Shown here: positions 1 through 23,200 of the stretch, piece after piece
Layout: each line of letters opens with the position of its first letter
Numbering within the stretch: the first letter of the stretch is position 1
Assembly (NCBI GenBank): GCA_051362555.1
Contig: CM120643.1
Location: 16,744,848 to 16,808,847 of the forward strand
DNA length: 64,000 nt
DNA from: Lingula anatina
Taxonomy: Eukaryota; Animalia; Brachiopoda
Direction of reading: 5' to 3'
Position numbers and translations under genes: made by a program
The notes under the pieces: generated by a model
What the model saw: the letters and a program-made list of their open reading frames with translations, nothing else
What the model was told of the DNA's origin: nothing
Databases searched by the model: none

Positions 1-63
1 AGTGGGGTCTGTTTTTGTTGTTTTTGTTCTTCTTCTATGTTCTTCTCAACATCATCATCATAA

Positions 64-65
<2 letters not shown>

Positions 66-113
<48 letters not shown>
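66..113 (+). repeat. (ATT)16 microsatellite abutting the GOT2 splice acceptor
   Basis: Direct reading; it is followed immediately by TCAG|GCA at 114-120. Confidence 0.95.
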
Positions 114-117
114 TCAG

Positions 118-8599
<8,482 letters not shown>

Positions 8600-9635
8600 A
8601 GCGCGACAACATGTGGGGGTGTGTCAAGTTAGGACATGCCAATGATTTTCTGACATGCATTTGAGACAGCAGAAAGATAAATAAAAGGGGTTGTGTTGTT
8701 TTTATGGTACTGAAGTAGAGGTCATTTTTTTTTTAAACACAGTTTAAAGATGGAGATTTCAGGGATTCAGAGCGGAACACAATTTAAGTAGTTTCATATC
8801 TGCAAAAGTCAATTGTCTCATTCTTTTTATTATTATTATTTTTTTTTTTATTTTAATTTTTGCAGTGGCAAACTTTTATGCTTCATGAACTGCTTCAATT
8901 GTCATTTCACTTTGGAAGGATTTTGGGTAAAAAAGTCCGTGCTGCCAAAACATGGACATGAAACATGAAATACTGTAAATATTGTCGCGGATACATGGAC
9001 TTGTTGTCAGCTGACTGTATACCCCCTTGTAGCTGAATTCATCTATAGTCTTATATCATTGCAATACATCTCTAATATGATGTAAAAGTCAGCTAACTGT
9101 AATTATTACATGTATAGGAAAATATATTTAATGTAAGATGAGAAACCATATGATAAACAGTTTTTGTGCCATAATGTTTTTGTTTTGTTTGGTGTTTTTT
9201 GTTTGGAATGTCAAATTATGATGGATTGTTGATGTGAAAAACTTATTTGGAATTTACAGATTTTAGATAGCAAAGATATCACTTTAGATCATGATAGAAA
9301 TCTTGTCTTTCAGTTCTTAAAACTGTTTGTATTTGCCCCTCAGTCGAACATATTTATGATACTTTTGACAATTTATTTGGAAATTTTTTCAGAGCATGTT
9401 TGAACCTTGTGTTTTGGAAGTCAATATTTGTAAAAATTGTGTATTAAATTTAATAACTTGTTAATTTTATGGTTCAAAGTAATAAATTATATATGTTTAT
9501 GTGTAACATTCTGGCATTCTTGAAAGGTCAGTTATATTGATGGTTTGGTGTGCAAACAGTGTTCATTAGGTGAAGCACATGGAAAGTTGTAAATATAGAT
9601 CCAGGATTAAAGGATCTGGATGTGTATGACTTGTG

Positions 9636-9768
9636 CAGGGATGAGATTTTTCCAACTTTCGAGGGGATTTCCAACTTTTTGGGTGCTGTTGATGCTTACA
9701 ACAGTTTGAGATTTTTCTGTTTATCAGCAGAATTCTGACTTTTTGGGAGCCAAAGGGTCTTGTCCCTG
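9636..9768. mobile_element. Short MITE-like element
   Basis: Imperfect TIRs CAGGGATGAGA / TCTTGTCCCTG; flanks CTTGTG / CTTATG are a possible 6-bp TSD with one mismatch. Confidence 0.5.
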
Positions 9769-12700
9769 CTTATGGGACTTACGTGACAAAAGTCACTTTT
9801 TAGTTAGGTGAAGAACTGAAAACTGCAGTGCTGTGAAAAGAAGGCATTTTCAATTAATAACTTGCACAGAGTTTATTTTTGCAGAAGTTGATATTTGGCA
9901 TTTTTTTAAACTGCAAATACTCAGGCTATGCTTGCCTCCTATTTTTTTTCTAAAGCCAAGTTAACAGCCTTTTTCCCTAATTTCCAGTATGTCATTTTCG
10001 ATCTCGACAATGATACACGTATTAGTTACAATAGCCTTTTACATATTATGCTTGAATAGATTAAAACTTGCACATAAAAATTGAAGTTCTTTATATTATT
10101 TTGTATAACTGAAGGCTTTTGGTGTATGTAGGGGGTGTGGTGCACATTTTGTCATATGTTATTTTGCAAGAATACAGTGAAAAGTACAGCGTGGCATGAA
10201 ATTACTAGAGAAGTGAAGTTTGCATTAGAAAGCTTATAATAATTTAATACTTTTTGGCAAAGGTTAAGATAAATAAATCTTGTTACAGCTACAAATGTTA
10301 TTTGGTTGCTTTGAAAAATGTGTTTGTCGATTTTGTGCAACAACAAGCACTACCACTAGCCATATTACACGTCTGTATGCTTGAGTCGTCACAACTAAAC
10401 TGATGAACTCCACAGCTTAGAGATACTACTGAGCATGCGTCAAGGTGTCAGAATGTCTCCGAGCGCAGCCGAGAATTAATTACAGCTTTGGAAGTAACTG
10501 GCTCGCGCTGCCAGTTATTACGCCGTGGGGTATTCGGGGCACAGACCGTGTTCACAAGATACTGCCAATAGATTTTTAGATTTTTAGAAAATACATTTTT
10601 TATGTGAACGAACCCTTAATGCATTGCCTAATATTGTATTGCAGAATGGCTGCAGGTTCAAAATCCTTAGGAACCATTTTCCATGCTGGCTGTAATATTT
10701 GTCCGTAACCCAAGTGTAAATCAACAAAATCTGATATTAACTTGCTGATATGTCCCCAAGAAAGATTAAATCATTCAGAAAAGGCAGACCTGTGTCTACA
10801 CAGTTTATAATATTAAGAATCATGTGGCTTTTAACTGCTATATATGTGCCAACTTTTTAAGAAAAGAGTCCTTGTTTTCTGACTGCATTATGTTCAGGGT
10901 AAGCAATTTTGGGATGTTAAAAAAGTAACTGTTATCAAATATTGTGGATAGGGAACCATTAGGTGTTATTTATAGCTGCAGCACCTCTGGAATAAGTCTT
11001 TGTCAGTTCTGTGGGGAATTATGGTGACAATACTGGCACCACTCAAACATGTACATTTGTGTAACACCCTTTTCAGTAATGGCAGTGTTTGGTAAGTATC
11101 ATTTTACATTTTTGACTTATTTAAATTATATAGTTCAGAAAAATATGTTCTTTTCTATTGTTTGGGAATACATACCTGAAGTCTGTTTTCCTAATTAAAA
11201 AAAAGTCAGTTTTTCAAAAAGAAGATATGGTGGTTTTGATAATTTAGTTCAGTAGTTCCCAAAATTGTTCAAATTAAATTAAAAAAAAAAAAAAAAGATT
11301 TTCAACATAATCCTTTGAGTCACAGTCATTATCAATTGATATTTAAAACAAGACCCTTTAGCAACAACCAGTTTATTTGCTGACTAGGTCATTTGATCAT
11401 TGATAGGAAGTTGACTTTCCCATTAGTTGTTCTGTGTGATGGAAATATCCATAGACTACTAGCATTTGTATTTTCCTTTATTCCATAAAGAAACATTGTG
11501 CCACTGAGTGTTATCGGTTTGCTAAGTTTTACAGAACTGTTTGGGCTTCGCATAAATTGTTTGCAGTGCTTTTTAATTTTTCAGGCTGTACAGTAGCAAC
11601 TTTGGTAATTATAAGACTGCAGTCAGTAAGACATGACCAGACATCTAAGAAAAGGACTATAAGTACCTGTATGTCTGTATGATACTATCAGACATACTAG
11701 GCATCATATAACTTTAACGTGAGAAGGTTCATTAATCAAATGACAAAGCCTGGATAACAGAATTCCAAGTCTGCTGAAAATAGCCTGAATAATGGAACGA
11801 GATGTAAGCAATTCTTTTTTGTCTTATGACATTTTTAATTGAATTAAAATATTTCTTAAGATCATGGTTTGGATCACACAAATCTTTCTTTTTTCTGAGA
11901 GATTGAAGAAATATGGAATAAGAAAATATTTTATAAAAGGCTGTGTACTTGCATTGGTGAAAAATGAAGTGAAATTTGGTGTATAAAGTGCCTTGAATTT
12001 TTTTTTTTATAGTTGTCAATATTAAAAATTGTAATGCATTGAGGAATGGAAAGAAAAAACAATATAAGTCCCTTTTCTACACGGTTCTGGATTCCTTAGA
12101 AATGTTTTGTCAAGTGCCTCCTCGTCGATAGCATTATTAAACATTTCAAGCACTTAAAGAAGGCAGAGTTGAACAATGAATACAAATCAGCATCTTCGGC
12201 ACTACCAGTATTTTGTCAAGTGCATTGAATAAAAACAAATATAAGTATTTACAAAAAGACCCTGTGTATACCCACAAACTTTCTCAAGTGCACTTTTCTT
12301 CCATCTCGTGGAGCCACATTGAGTGCATGACTGAAAATCACTTTGGAATATTAATATTTAGTCTAAGATTTAAATAGATTGTGTGAAAGTGTATGAAGCA
12401 TTTTCAGCATTGTCCGTGGCATTATCTCTATTTACTTATGTTCTCAGCTGTTAGTATGCGGCTGATTTAAACCTTAACAACTGCGACGGAAGGGTTTTGT
12501 TATGGAAGACATGCTGGAAAGTTTACTGCCATAAAAGTGAGAACAGGATTGGGTGGAAGTGATACTGCGGGATAAGGAAAGGTAAGGTGTAGCACGGAGG
12601 ATGTTTTATCTGGATTAGTGTGTGGATTTTTTATTTTTGTGTGTGTCTGTGTTTGTGTCACTGTGCATGTTTGACAGTGAATTCTTAAAGTGAAATTGAT

Positions 12701-13732
12701 TGAAATATGAATAATATTTAAATCATTTATACAGTTAACCTTATCTATATAACATAATATTGAAAACATTTTAAATTATTTGCAATTAAAATCATTTAGG
12801 CTCTTTTTAGTATTCACAATTTTTCTGAATAGTAATGAATTTAATGAGTGGTTGATCTGCAGTGCAATTGCATCTGATCAATTTTCACACCAGCTCTGTT
12901 ATTTTAATTAACTGCGAAGAATAGGAAATTGAAACGATCTTCGTATAGACACAAATTTTCAAAATCTGTTTCTGAATGAAGTATTTGTCAATAGATGTGT
13001 ATAAAGACTGATAGCATTATTCATCAACATCAACCATTACAGCAATCTGAGACCCAGTTTATCTCAAACTGTAATTGTAATTAGAGAATTCACACAAAGC
13101 CTGCACTCCATGGCCAGGACATTGTTTGTATGAAAAATTGATTTATCTCAGATATCTCAGTTTCCTATCACCCATTAAGATCAGAGGCAATATCCAGTGT
13201 CATAAATTACAAAGCCCTCTTTATAACGGTAGCTACATCAGCCGTAATCTCCCTATTCTAATATTGAGAAAAAAAAGAATGCTTTAATTGTCAAGATTTA
13301 CCAGTGTTCATGAATATTTTATTTTAGAATTATAGAAAAGCTAAGCTGGTGTGAACCACTGATCTAAAACAGTTGTTGAATTCAGCAACAATATTTACTC
13401 GTATGAACAATATATCATCTAGGCAGTAATAAGGAAGTCCCTGTGATGGAGTAGCTGTCGTGTGCAGCAATACTGATTTAGCAGTTGTGAAAATGAAATA
13501 AATTATGGAAGAGTTTGTGGTTGCTGGGCACTTTTTATTGTGGAAAAAAAAAATACTTTTTATTAACCTGGATATAAGCTGCATCTCACTGAAGCCATAA
13601 AACTGTTTGCATTTGGGTAATCAAGTTGTTTGAATCTGAAAATCTGTGTTTATGGTTTTTTAGATTAGCGAAAATATAATTCTTTTTTTTTTTATTTTCA
13701 GACAGTTTTAAAGTGACCAGCGTGTAATAATC

Positions 13733-13774
13733 ATGGAGGTGATTTACAGTGCAAGTAGTTGGATCTACATCTAG
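13733..13774 (+). promoter_or_regulatory. Upstream ORF (MEVIYSASSWIYI*) in the 5' UTR part of the exon starting at 13702
   Basis: ATCATGG (good Kozak context) at 13730-13736 and TAG at 13772-13774, 44 nt before the main ATG; acceptor TTTTCAG ends at 13701. Confidence 0.45.
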
Positions 13775-13818
13775 CTGAAGCCTTTCTACTGGTCTTTTTA
13801 AAAACGGGTTTATCAAAT

Positions 13819-16800
13819 ATGGAAGAAGAAGAAGAATATAACAATCAGCCGGAAAAAGAAATATCAGTTACCTGCTCGACACCACCTTTTGACACAAAGT
13901 ATAACCATCGAGTTCCTGAGGGTGGACACCTTGAAGAGAGTTTAGTAAATGAAAGGACAGAAAAAAGAGACCCAGAGGAAGGGGATGATGACAGTTCATT
14001 TTCATTTGAGGACAAAGTGAATACTCGGTCTGTGCATGACAACCAAAATGACAGTGAAAAGATAAAAGATGTTAGGAACAGAATGGGAAATGAGTGTAGG
14101 GATAGCATGGATGGTGATTATACTGCTGATGAAGATGAGGATTGGGAAGGTGATGAAGATGTTCATAAACAGAATGATAAAGATGACAATGAATTAAGTC
14201 AAACAGCCATAAGTAATGAACAAATTTCTGCCCAGGATCCAGTTACACAAGTGCAGGAGGAGGGATGTGCAGCAAATATTCCTAGCAACGGTAGCCTTTA
14301 TCTCAATGACAGTACTGATGGTGCTTGCCTTAGTAACCATGACATGTTGCCTAGCAATGGTGACAATGAAGAATTTTACATGGAAAGTGAAAGTGAACAT
14401 ATAATTCCTCACCAACAAACTGAACAGTTCATTTCTCAGGATAGAAATGAAATTATTTCAGAATCATCAGTGGAAAACAAAGAGGAAAAATATGAAACAG
14501 AGCTCTCTAGTTGCCATGACAACCAAAAGAAAATTTCCACCATGCAACAAAATACTGAAATTTCAACCTCAGGCAATTTTCACAGCATCCACGAAAATCA
14601 CCATGACAATCAAAGCCAGGTTAGCCATGAAAATTACCATGACAACCAAAGTAAGCCATGTCCAGATGAAAGGGATGATGCATGGATCTCAGGATCTGAA
14701 CCTGCAAAATCATTTGACTGTTCTGAAACTTTGCATGAAGAATATTTTGAACTACCTGATAAGAGTAGAGGCACTAAAATGACCCGAATTGACCAACTGG
14801 CATCACCAGAAAGGACCGGCTGTTCACATGATCACCACGGCAGTAAACTGCCCAACATGGAGTTGCTAAAAGAGAAGAGAAAAAAGAGAAAGGCAAGAAA
14901 GCAACTTCTTAAGCAGACTGAAGAATGCCCAGAAATTTGCCAACAAGTGGATGATGTATCTGAAATCAGAAAAAATGAGGACAATTTGAAATTACCAGCT
15001 GGAGGAAATGAAATAGAAAATAGTAAGATACCTGATGCAAATTTTGAGTGTGTAACCCTTCCAGAAAATGATGTCAATCAATCTGTGACAGTGATTACAA
15101 CAACAGAATCAACAGTTGCAATTCCACCAATTGCAGTAACAACATCAACAGCAACAGCAATAACTACAACACTTAATAGTGCTCAACCTGCTGCTGTAAT
15201 CAAGGAAAAAATTGACGTGTTTGCTTATCTCCCCAGTTTACGAGTGCGTAAACCCGTGGATCTACCTCCGGAGGTCCTGGAGGATCCCCTGAAGGATATC
15301 TTGCTCACAATATTTGACAAGGCCGATTTGAATAGTAATGGGAGCTTGAATGCTGCCGAATTAGAGGAGGTAAGTATACAATTACCATAATTTCAATTCA
15401 AACACCTATTATTTTGATAATTAATTTTATGATGAATTTCATATTTCAAACATTGATTCAGTATTTTGAGATATATTTTTTATCCCTTTTCAACATTTTT
15501 TAACTTCTTACCTGAAAGAAATTAATATCTGAATTTAAACCAACCTCTGTTAGTACATTATAAATTTTCAAATTCAATAATTTGGGACTTACAAACAAAA
15601 TATTGTTAGGGATATACAATTTGCTTTATAGGACAAAAAATTACTGCTTTCAATAATTTTACATATAATCTGTTGTTCAAACTAAACACTTTTTGCATGT
15701 TAAGTTGATTGTGATAATCTTACGATGAAGATAAAATTTGTTTGCAGTGACTGGAATGCTGATGTATTAATTCGACAGAAATATTAAAAGAATACTTTTA
15801 TTTATTCAATTTGAGCTTTCCATTATTGATTTAAGTAAAGTTCAATTCAATTTTTATTTCCAAGTATTTTCAGCTGAAAGTCCCTGACTTATTTGTTTTG
15901 AGACTAAATGCTATGAAAGGCATCAAAAGAGATGGTGAATGAAAAAATTATTTAATGCCTATATGTTTTTTTTTGTGCTGTTAGCTGTTGAAATCTCCTA
16001 CCTTAGACATAGATATAAAGTGGGATGATGTAAAGAAGATGACAAGATCACTGGACAGTAAAAAGGTTATGTAATAAAATATGCAATAAAATGATTGCTG
16101 CTGTTGTTGTATACATATTTATTATTAACTTTCCCATATTTGATATATATATATAAGATAAAATGTGGATGTAAGAAGATGCAATATATATATATATAAT
16201 AATTTATGTAGGCAGTCAGTTTGATTATTCAATGCCTAAACTGAAAAATTGTTGAATGGATTAAGTAACTCCTGCAACTTGTCTTTAATAATGCAGAATT
16301 TTTCTCCTTTTTTTTTAGAAGTTCGTATAATTTTAAAGTTCATATCAATTTGTGGCTATTTCAGGAAGGAAACGTCACATTTGAAGATTTCAGACCACTG
16401 GCAGTGGAAGCTATGAAAGTGATCTATGGACGGGACCAGCAAGTGAAGGTGAGAGGTGAACATTGTGATAGGTGTGACGTGGTTGAACACTGCTATTATG
16501 GTTTCAATTGTGTTGGATAATGAAGTGAAGTATTGGAATTTAAAGTGAAGTGTTGTTTAGAGTACAAATTTATTCAAGGAATGAAGGAAAGGTTGCATGA
16601 AAACATGTCATGCTATAAAAATATTTTATGTGCTTAGCTTTTGAAAATGAAATTTAAGATCAAGCACAGAGTTACATAATGTACCAGTATACTGTTGGGG
16701 AGGATTATTGTTTCTAATATAATAAGAAAGTTACATGTACTAGTACTTTGAACACAAATGTTTTTATTAGTTTAATCAGTTTAACAATTTAAGATATTGA

Positions 16801-17221
16801 AAAAAAAAAGGAAAATATTTTAGAAAAATATTCAGAATTTAATTATATTATTAGATACCAGAAGATGTAAATATGATCAAAATATTTATTTATTTTATTC
16901 TGCAATCTTTATTTACCTCCAGAGCCATTGGGTTGAGCTGGACCTGGGAGAACACACCCTGTATTTCAACAGAGTTACAGGAGAAGCCAGGTAATACATG
17001 TACCACCCAGATTTCACACCATTTATGAACTTTTAATTAATAAGCAGGCCTCTATGCTTATTGTATTTTCATTAGACTTTCATATTTCAAAATAAGTCTA
17101 CAGGGATTTATTTTTAAAAATAAAAGTTTTGTAAAATTTTGATTTGATTTGATTTGAAACATCCTAACTGATAATAGATATTAGTTTCCCTTAAACTCAA
17201 TCACTCTGGATAAAACATCTG

Positions 17222-17277
<56 letters not shown>

Positions 17278-20200
17278 TTTGTGTGTGTGTGTTAACCTAA
17301 TAGACTTTATTACATCACACATAACAATAACCATTCTGCATTCTTCGCTACAGCTATATTATCCCTGAGGACTATGTACTGGACCTGCACTTTGCAGATG
17401 ACCTGTTTGCTGATGCTGTACGTGCTGCCCTGGCCAGAGTGGACAGAAGACATACTGGTCAAGTTGGAGCGAAGGATTTCTTCACTGTAAGTATTACAGT
17501 CTACTGTGCTGTATTGTGGATTAAAAGTGTGTTAGGTAAAATTTGACATAAATTAATTGTGTTAACAATTTTCTGCATTTTAATCAGTGGGTATTTTTTA
17601 AAGCATTTTTCTTTTCAAAATGGTTTAATGTCATTAAAAATAAGCAAACTTTTTATCTTTGATTTTTTTCCATTTTTTACTCACAGGTGCTACGCTCCAT
17701 TGCATTCAGTCTCAGACTTACTGATGAAGATCTCAAGGAAATTACAAAGATTTTTGGGTGAGTTTATAATACTTTGTTTTTAAATTACACAATGCCACAC
17801 ACAATATGATGTTATTTAACACAGTGATCTGAACATAAATTAAAAATTAAAATTATATACTGATATTTAGACTAGATTCAATATTTTTATTCAACCCGCC
17901 CTTATAAAAATTCCCTGTATGAATTAGCAAAGGATTTCCTATAGGTTCCTATAGAAATTCCTATAAGATTTCCTATAGGACCCTATAGGAATTTTTGTAA
18001 TGGTCTGAACATAAATTAAAAATCAAAATCATATACTGATATTTAAACCAGATTCATTATTTTTCATTCAACCCGGCCTTATAAAAATTCCCTATATGAA
18101 TTAGCATAGGATTTCCTATAGGTTCCTATAGAAATTCCTATAAGATTTCCTATAGGATCCTATAGGAAATTTTCGTAAGGGGATACACCTAACACATCAC
18201 ACCAGCACACTGTCTCACCTAACACAATGTCACACCAAGCTCAATACCACATCTAACAAACTGTAATTATATAACAATGCAATTACCAGCACACTGTCAC
18301 ACCAAATACAATGTCATACCAACCATATGATTTCAATTTTTTGTAAAACCTAATATCTTTGAATGACCTTTTTTTATCTCTTAATTATATCACAGTGACA
18401 ATAATTTATATCAACAGTTGACACTTTTGATACCTACTCTACATGCAAAATAATTTTTGTTTCAGGTTTTCACCAAATCATTCTTAACTGATTATCTTAA
18501 ATTTTGTTTATTAATTTTTTCTAGCTCAAAGCGAGTCAGAGTCAGTCATGAAGAGTTTATTCCTGTTGCTAAACAACTGATCTGTATGATCTATCGAGCC
18601 CGTGAAGAAGGAGCGGTGAGTTCTTTGGTGTTCTTCTTCAGTCATAACCTTCAACATTAATTGAGCTTGACATATTCAACAGACTACTGATTTTTATTTG
18701 TTTTTCACAGTTTTTCTTTCATTAATAGTATGATTTACAATAACCAATTTTTAAAAGAAATAATTGTAGGTAGCCCTGCAGTTATCATGTAAGCTAGATT
18801 ACATCAGTTGTTCTGCATTGAGAAGAATACCTAAGTTGCCTTACCATACAGTTTTGTTTTAGTAGAGTGACTCTTACTATTATGGTACGTTGTACATTAT
18901 TTAGTAGGAGACTATGCAAAGGCACTTGAGTTACTCTATTAGATTAATTAGTAGGTGGCACAACAGAGGGATTAGGTTTTTTTGTCTAAGGTGAGCTATT
19001 CATAATCAGATGAGCTGCTTAGATGAATCCTACTGAGATAGGTCAAACCTCAATGGAAACCCAACTTTGGTCTGTTTGAGGACTATTTGGGTGTGTGCTG
19101 TGTTATTTATTAGTCAACGTTATGAAGGTAGATATGTATACACTGTTTAAAGTGCACTAGATGACATGGATGATTTATAGAAGGGTAAAATCAGCACAGG
19201 AAGTGTTTTTATAGGGTTTTCTTATTCTTGGCTTATGTTATTATGAATATCCAAGTGTTCCTTTTATCCATTTTAATGCCAGATATTGAACTGCGCACTG
19301 TCAGTATATTGTCTTGATGAAATGATATAAACTGGAAGACACTCATAAAAATATAAAAATGATTTTATCATAATTTATGTTGTGCATTTTTGCACTTAAA
19401 TCTGCCTATGTTTTTATATGTTCATTTCATATTATTTTACAGCTGTGATGCAATAAAATTTACACTATAATTTGCAGTAAACACTTCTGACACCCATTCA
19501 TTTGCTTTTTAACACAGATAAAAAGCTTTGATGCATGTATAACACAGTAACTAAACATTTGGACAATGGGGTATAAAAAGAGATAATTCTAAACTGAATT
19601 TTTTTTCCAAAAAAAAAAAAAAAAAAGTTGAGATCAATTAAAAAAGTTAGTTGCAAGTCTGGCAATTGTAGTATTTTATAGAGACTGCATGTAGCATGAG
19701 GATGTTGGATGATCAGCTCTTGACTAATGGACTTCAAACAACTGCTTCAGAATTACTTTTATCATATTTACTTCGGTTTGAATCTGTTACCAGACAGACA
19801 AACCCCGGGTATTTCACTGATAGAAATGCTCATATTTACTTCAAATGAAACGAACTGAGACCATTTTTGCAGCCAGTTTGTCAAAAATATTGTTGAGCCA
19901 TTGATTTTTCATGTCTGTTGGATAATTCTCTCCCTGGAGAGTTACACAAATGTGTTTGATAATGCAGGGGCTTTGTCGTATTGCAATCGAATACAAACTT
20001 GGCATTTTTGGCTGATATTGTAAGCAGTGACATCTTAAAGGACTGTTTCATCTACTAAATCATGGTGGTTAAGTGAGGCTTCCTTCAATCCAAAACTCTA
20101 GATTTACACATTTTGACATTCATAACACTTTTGATTACGGTTAACAAATAAAGCTACTGAAAAGAAAAATTACTTCAAGATTAAAATACCATCTAAACAC

Positions 20201-23200
20201 ATTTTAAAGGTCTCAGTCTTCAAGCTGCCCTCCCCCTCTGTGATACCAATTGGTTGACTTTTTATCCTTGAAAAAACTAAACTGACAATAAGTTTTAGAC
20301 CAGAAAAGAGCAGATGCATTTGAATGTATTTACTCACAAAAGTATCAGTGCCCTCCAAAAAGCTCCAAAAAGAACATCATTCTCTCAAGATTGGCTGGCA
20401 GTGAACAGTGAGAGAAATGTGGAGACATTCAGTAGGATAGCAGACAGTCAAGTTCTAAAAGAAGAATAGCACCTAAACAGTAAGTGGAAGTGACTAAGAA
20501 ACAAAATTGGGAAGCTGCCACTTTGAAGTGTGGTGTATAATTAATAGGTGATCTACATAAAGATGATCTTATTGCCTTTTAGAAAAATAACTACTGGCTA
20601 AGCATTTTTTTCTAGAAATAATGCTGACAATATAATTTTGATTTGATACATTAGTTTATTTCTTTAAGAAGAAATGAAGGGATGTATGAGTTTGTTTAAC
20701 TTTGACGTGCATTAATAGTCATAAATCCAAAGTATATTTAACTGTTCTTGCATGAATGTTGTTCAGAATAATGTACCTGGACCTAGGCTACTTGAACTTT
20801 ACTAATTTGTTTATTTATTTATTTATTATTTGCAAACTTCAAGTACAATTAGTTTCATGAAAAAAAAAGTGAACAATGCTTGCTACCTTAAAAAATTCTC
20901 TAATCTTCAAGACCAGTCCCCTAGGAGAAACAATCTAACAGAGTACATATGTTTATCCCCTCAGGGACAACATGCTGCCCAAACAATTAAATACATCATT
21001 TTCCAGTTGACTGGGCTATGCATCAGAACTCATGCAGTTAAAAGTTCATTCTTAACTAAGATCTAATATACGTTTATTAGATCTTAGTTCTTATCAAGTT
21101 GTACATATAAGTTTCTGAGATTTAGAAGACAAAATACATGTGACAATTATGTTATTTCAAAATATTTTTTGGCTTAGTCAATACTTCTATCAAGTAGAAT
21201 GTTTGTGGAAAGTTACTGTGTCACCTTGAATCAGTAAAAAAGATAATAATATATTAAGCCTACTACCTGATCATAAGTTAAGTTAGAGGATAAGTAACAA
21301 AAAGGAAAATATGAAGAAAAACCATATACCTATAAGGGATATTTTTCTGCTTTTTTCCATGTGATACAACCATTGAAAATTAAAAGATAAAGCATGTGGG
21401 AAGCAGATGTACTTTAATTCCATATTGACATGTCTGGTGATTTCTTTAAGGTTTCGACTGATCTACATTGTATAACTAATCATATCTGAATTGCACACTG
21501 GATGATTACTAACCAGAAAAAAGACCATTAACCTCTTAAGTGAAGCAAAGGAAGACAAAAATATGACAGCTATTTCTTTTTCTGCTGTCAAACAAGAAAG
21601 AGAGGACAACTAGATGCTGGTACAATCAACTTGATATTAACCCATTTGTGTAAACACAGATTCACTTCAATAGGATAAACTTGGCTCTGTCAACAAAACC
21701 AGATAATATATTTTCGTATCAGTTTTCTCTTGATTGCAAGTCAATTAGTGGATTGGCATTTACTTAACTGAGTGCAGCTTGCTGTTTTGGTTTTGGACAA
21801 TAAGTTTGTCACAATGATGAACTGTTGGAGACGTCAGAGATGTCAGTGACATGTGGGAGATGGGTCATTGCGCCAAGCATTTTAACTTATAACCATGAGA
21901 AGGACATCTGGAAGGAAAAACTTCATATTAATTTTCTGAAACAGATATTTTTACAGATTTTTTAAAAACCAGCATTATATGTTGATGTACTAGTATTGTA
22001 CATGTAAGTTGATTGATTATGAATGATGAACACAAATTGTTTTTTAAGACTGGCACCGAAAAACATTGAAGGTATTGAATTGTTTTTAAGTGCAAAAATA
22101 AGAAAATTTAAGAGCAGGAACTTAGAGAAACTTATGAATTGCAGTTAATGTGAAGACAATAATAGCTGTTGGAGAAATGTTTTTTCTCTCTTCTAGAATG
22201 ACTGGTGCATGATGTCCAGCCCGAGAGCAGGAAGTTTTTGGTTCAACAAGAAAACTGGACAGGCCAAGAAAACACCCCCTGCCCATGTTATACGTGCTCA
22301 ACAACAACAGCTTGAAGAGAGGTAAGAGAGTGTGTGTGTGTGTGTGTGAGTGTGTGTGTGCATGCATGTGTTGGTGTACTTGTGTGTGACATTATACATG
22401 CTCAACCACAGCAGCTAGAAGAAACTCTAGCAAGAGAGAGAGAGTGTGTGTGTGTGTGTGTGTGTGTGCACGCGCGCGCATGTGTTTGTGTGTGTGTTTC
22501 TTTGTAAGCAGTAATTACCAAATGTAAGTAATTTTAAATAGTTGAAGGTTACCAATGAAAACATTCAGAAGCCAGGGAAACTGTGTACACAGATAAGAGA
22601 TTCATCATCTAAAAATATGTAGGAATGGTGAAAAAGTTGACATCTCAATGACATCAGCAAACAGGGCTGTCAAAAAGTGCTTGTCCCTTGAGCAGCGAGA
22701 GTGGACAGTTTATTGATCTTTGCCTTTTAGGTGCGCCTTCAACACTACAGAATTTTAGCTAAGTAAACAACCTAGAATTATTTAAAACTCAGTTTTACAG
22801 CAATGAGGTATTATATTATTATCAGAATATATTTAAAGAAGCATAATTTACTGCATTTAGTTTTATATTAAACTTGGGAGGAAAAGATACTTCAATTTGG
22901 GATTAGTTCAAGATTTATGGACAACAGTGCAGGTACATGGTCACACATTTTCAAACTTTGTTGAGGATATCTTGAGGACCTTATAGTCAATTGCGTCAAC
23001 AGGGCATAAAGTGACAGTAAATGGCCAACTCTTTGTACAGCTTCACGGGATTATACTGAGTATTTACGGGGATCAAAGAGAGATCAAGTGGCATTGCATG
23101 GCCCTGTCAACAGAGCACTTCACCCAGTATAGGACGCTGACTTTTCCTGGGTAACCTGACACAGTGGAGAGATATGTTTACCAGAGAGGCTGAACCCTGG

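Noticed and set aside
10344-10620. CpG-richer segment with CTGATGA (hammerhead-like core) and a CCCTTAA end
   Set aside because: There is no GAAA or stem II/III to complete a hammerhead. It may be one end of a TTAA-type DNA transposon or a promoter, but no partner TIR was found.
13759-13818. ORF-track N-terminus MDLHLAEAFLLVFLKTGLSN suggesting a signal peptide
   Set aside because: It starts at TTG, a bacterial-style call; the first in-frame ATG is at 13819.
21812-21915. ATGATGA box C-like motif in an intron (possible C/D snoRNA)
   Set aside because: No properly placed CTGA D box with a terminal stem, and no recognisable rRNA guide.
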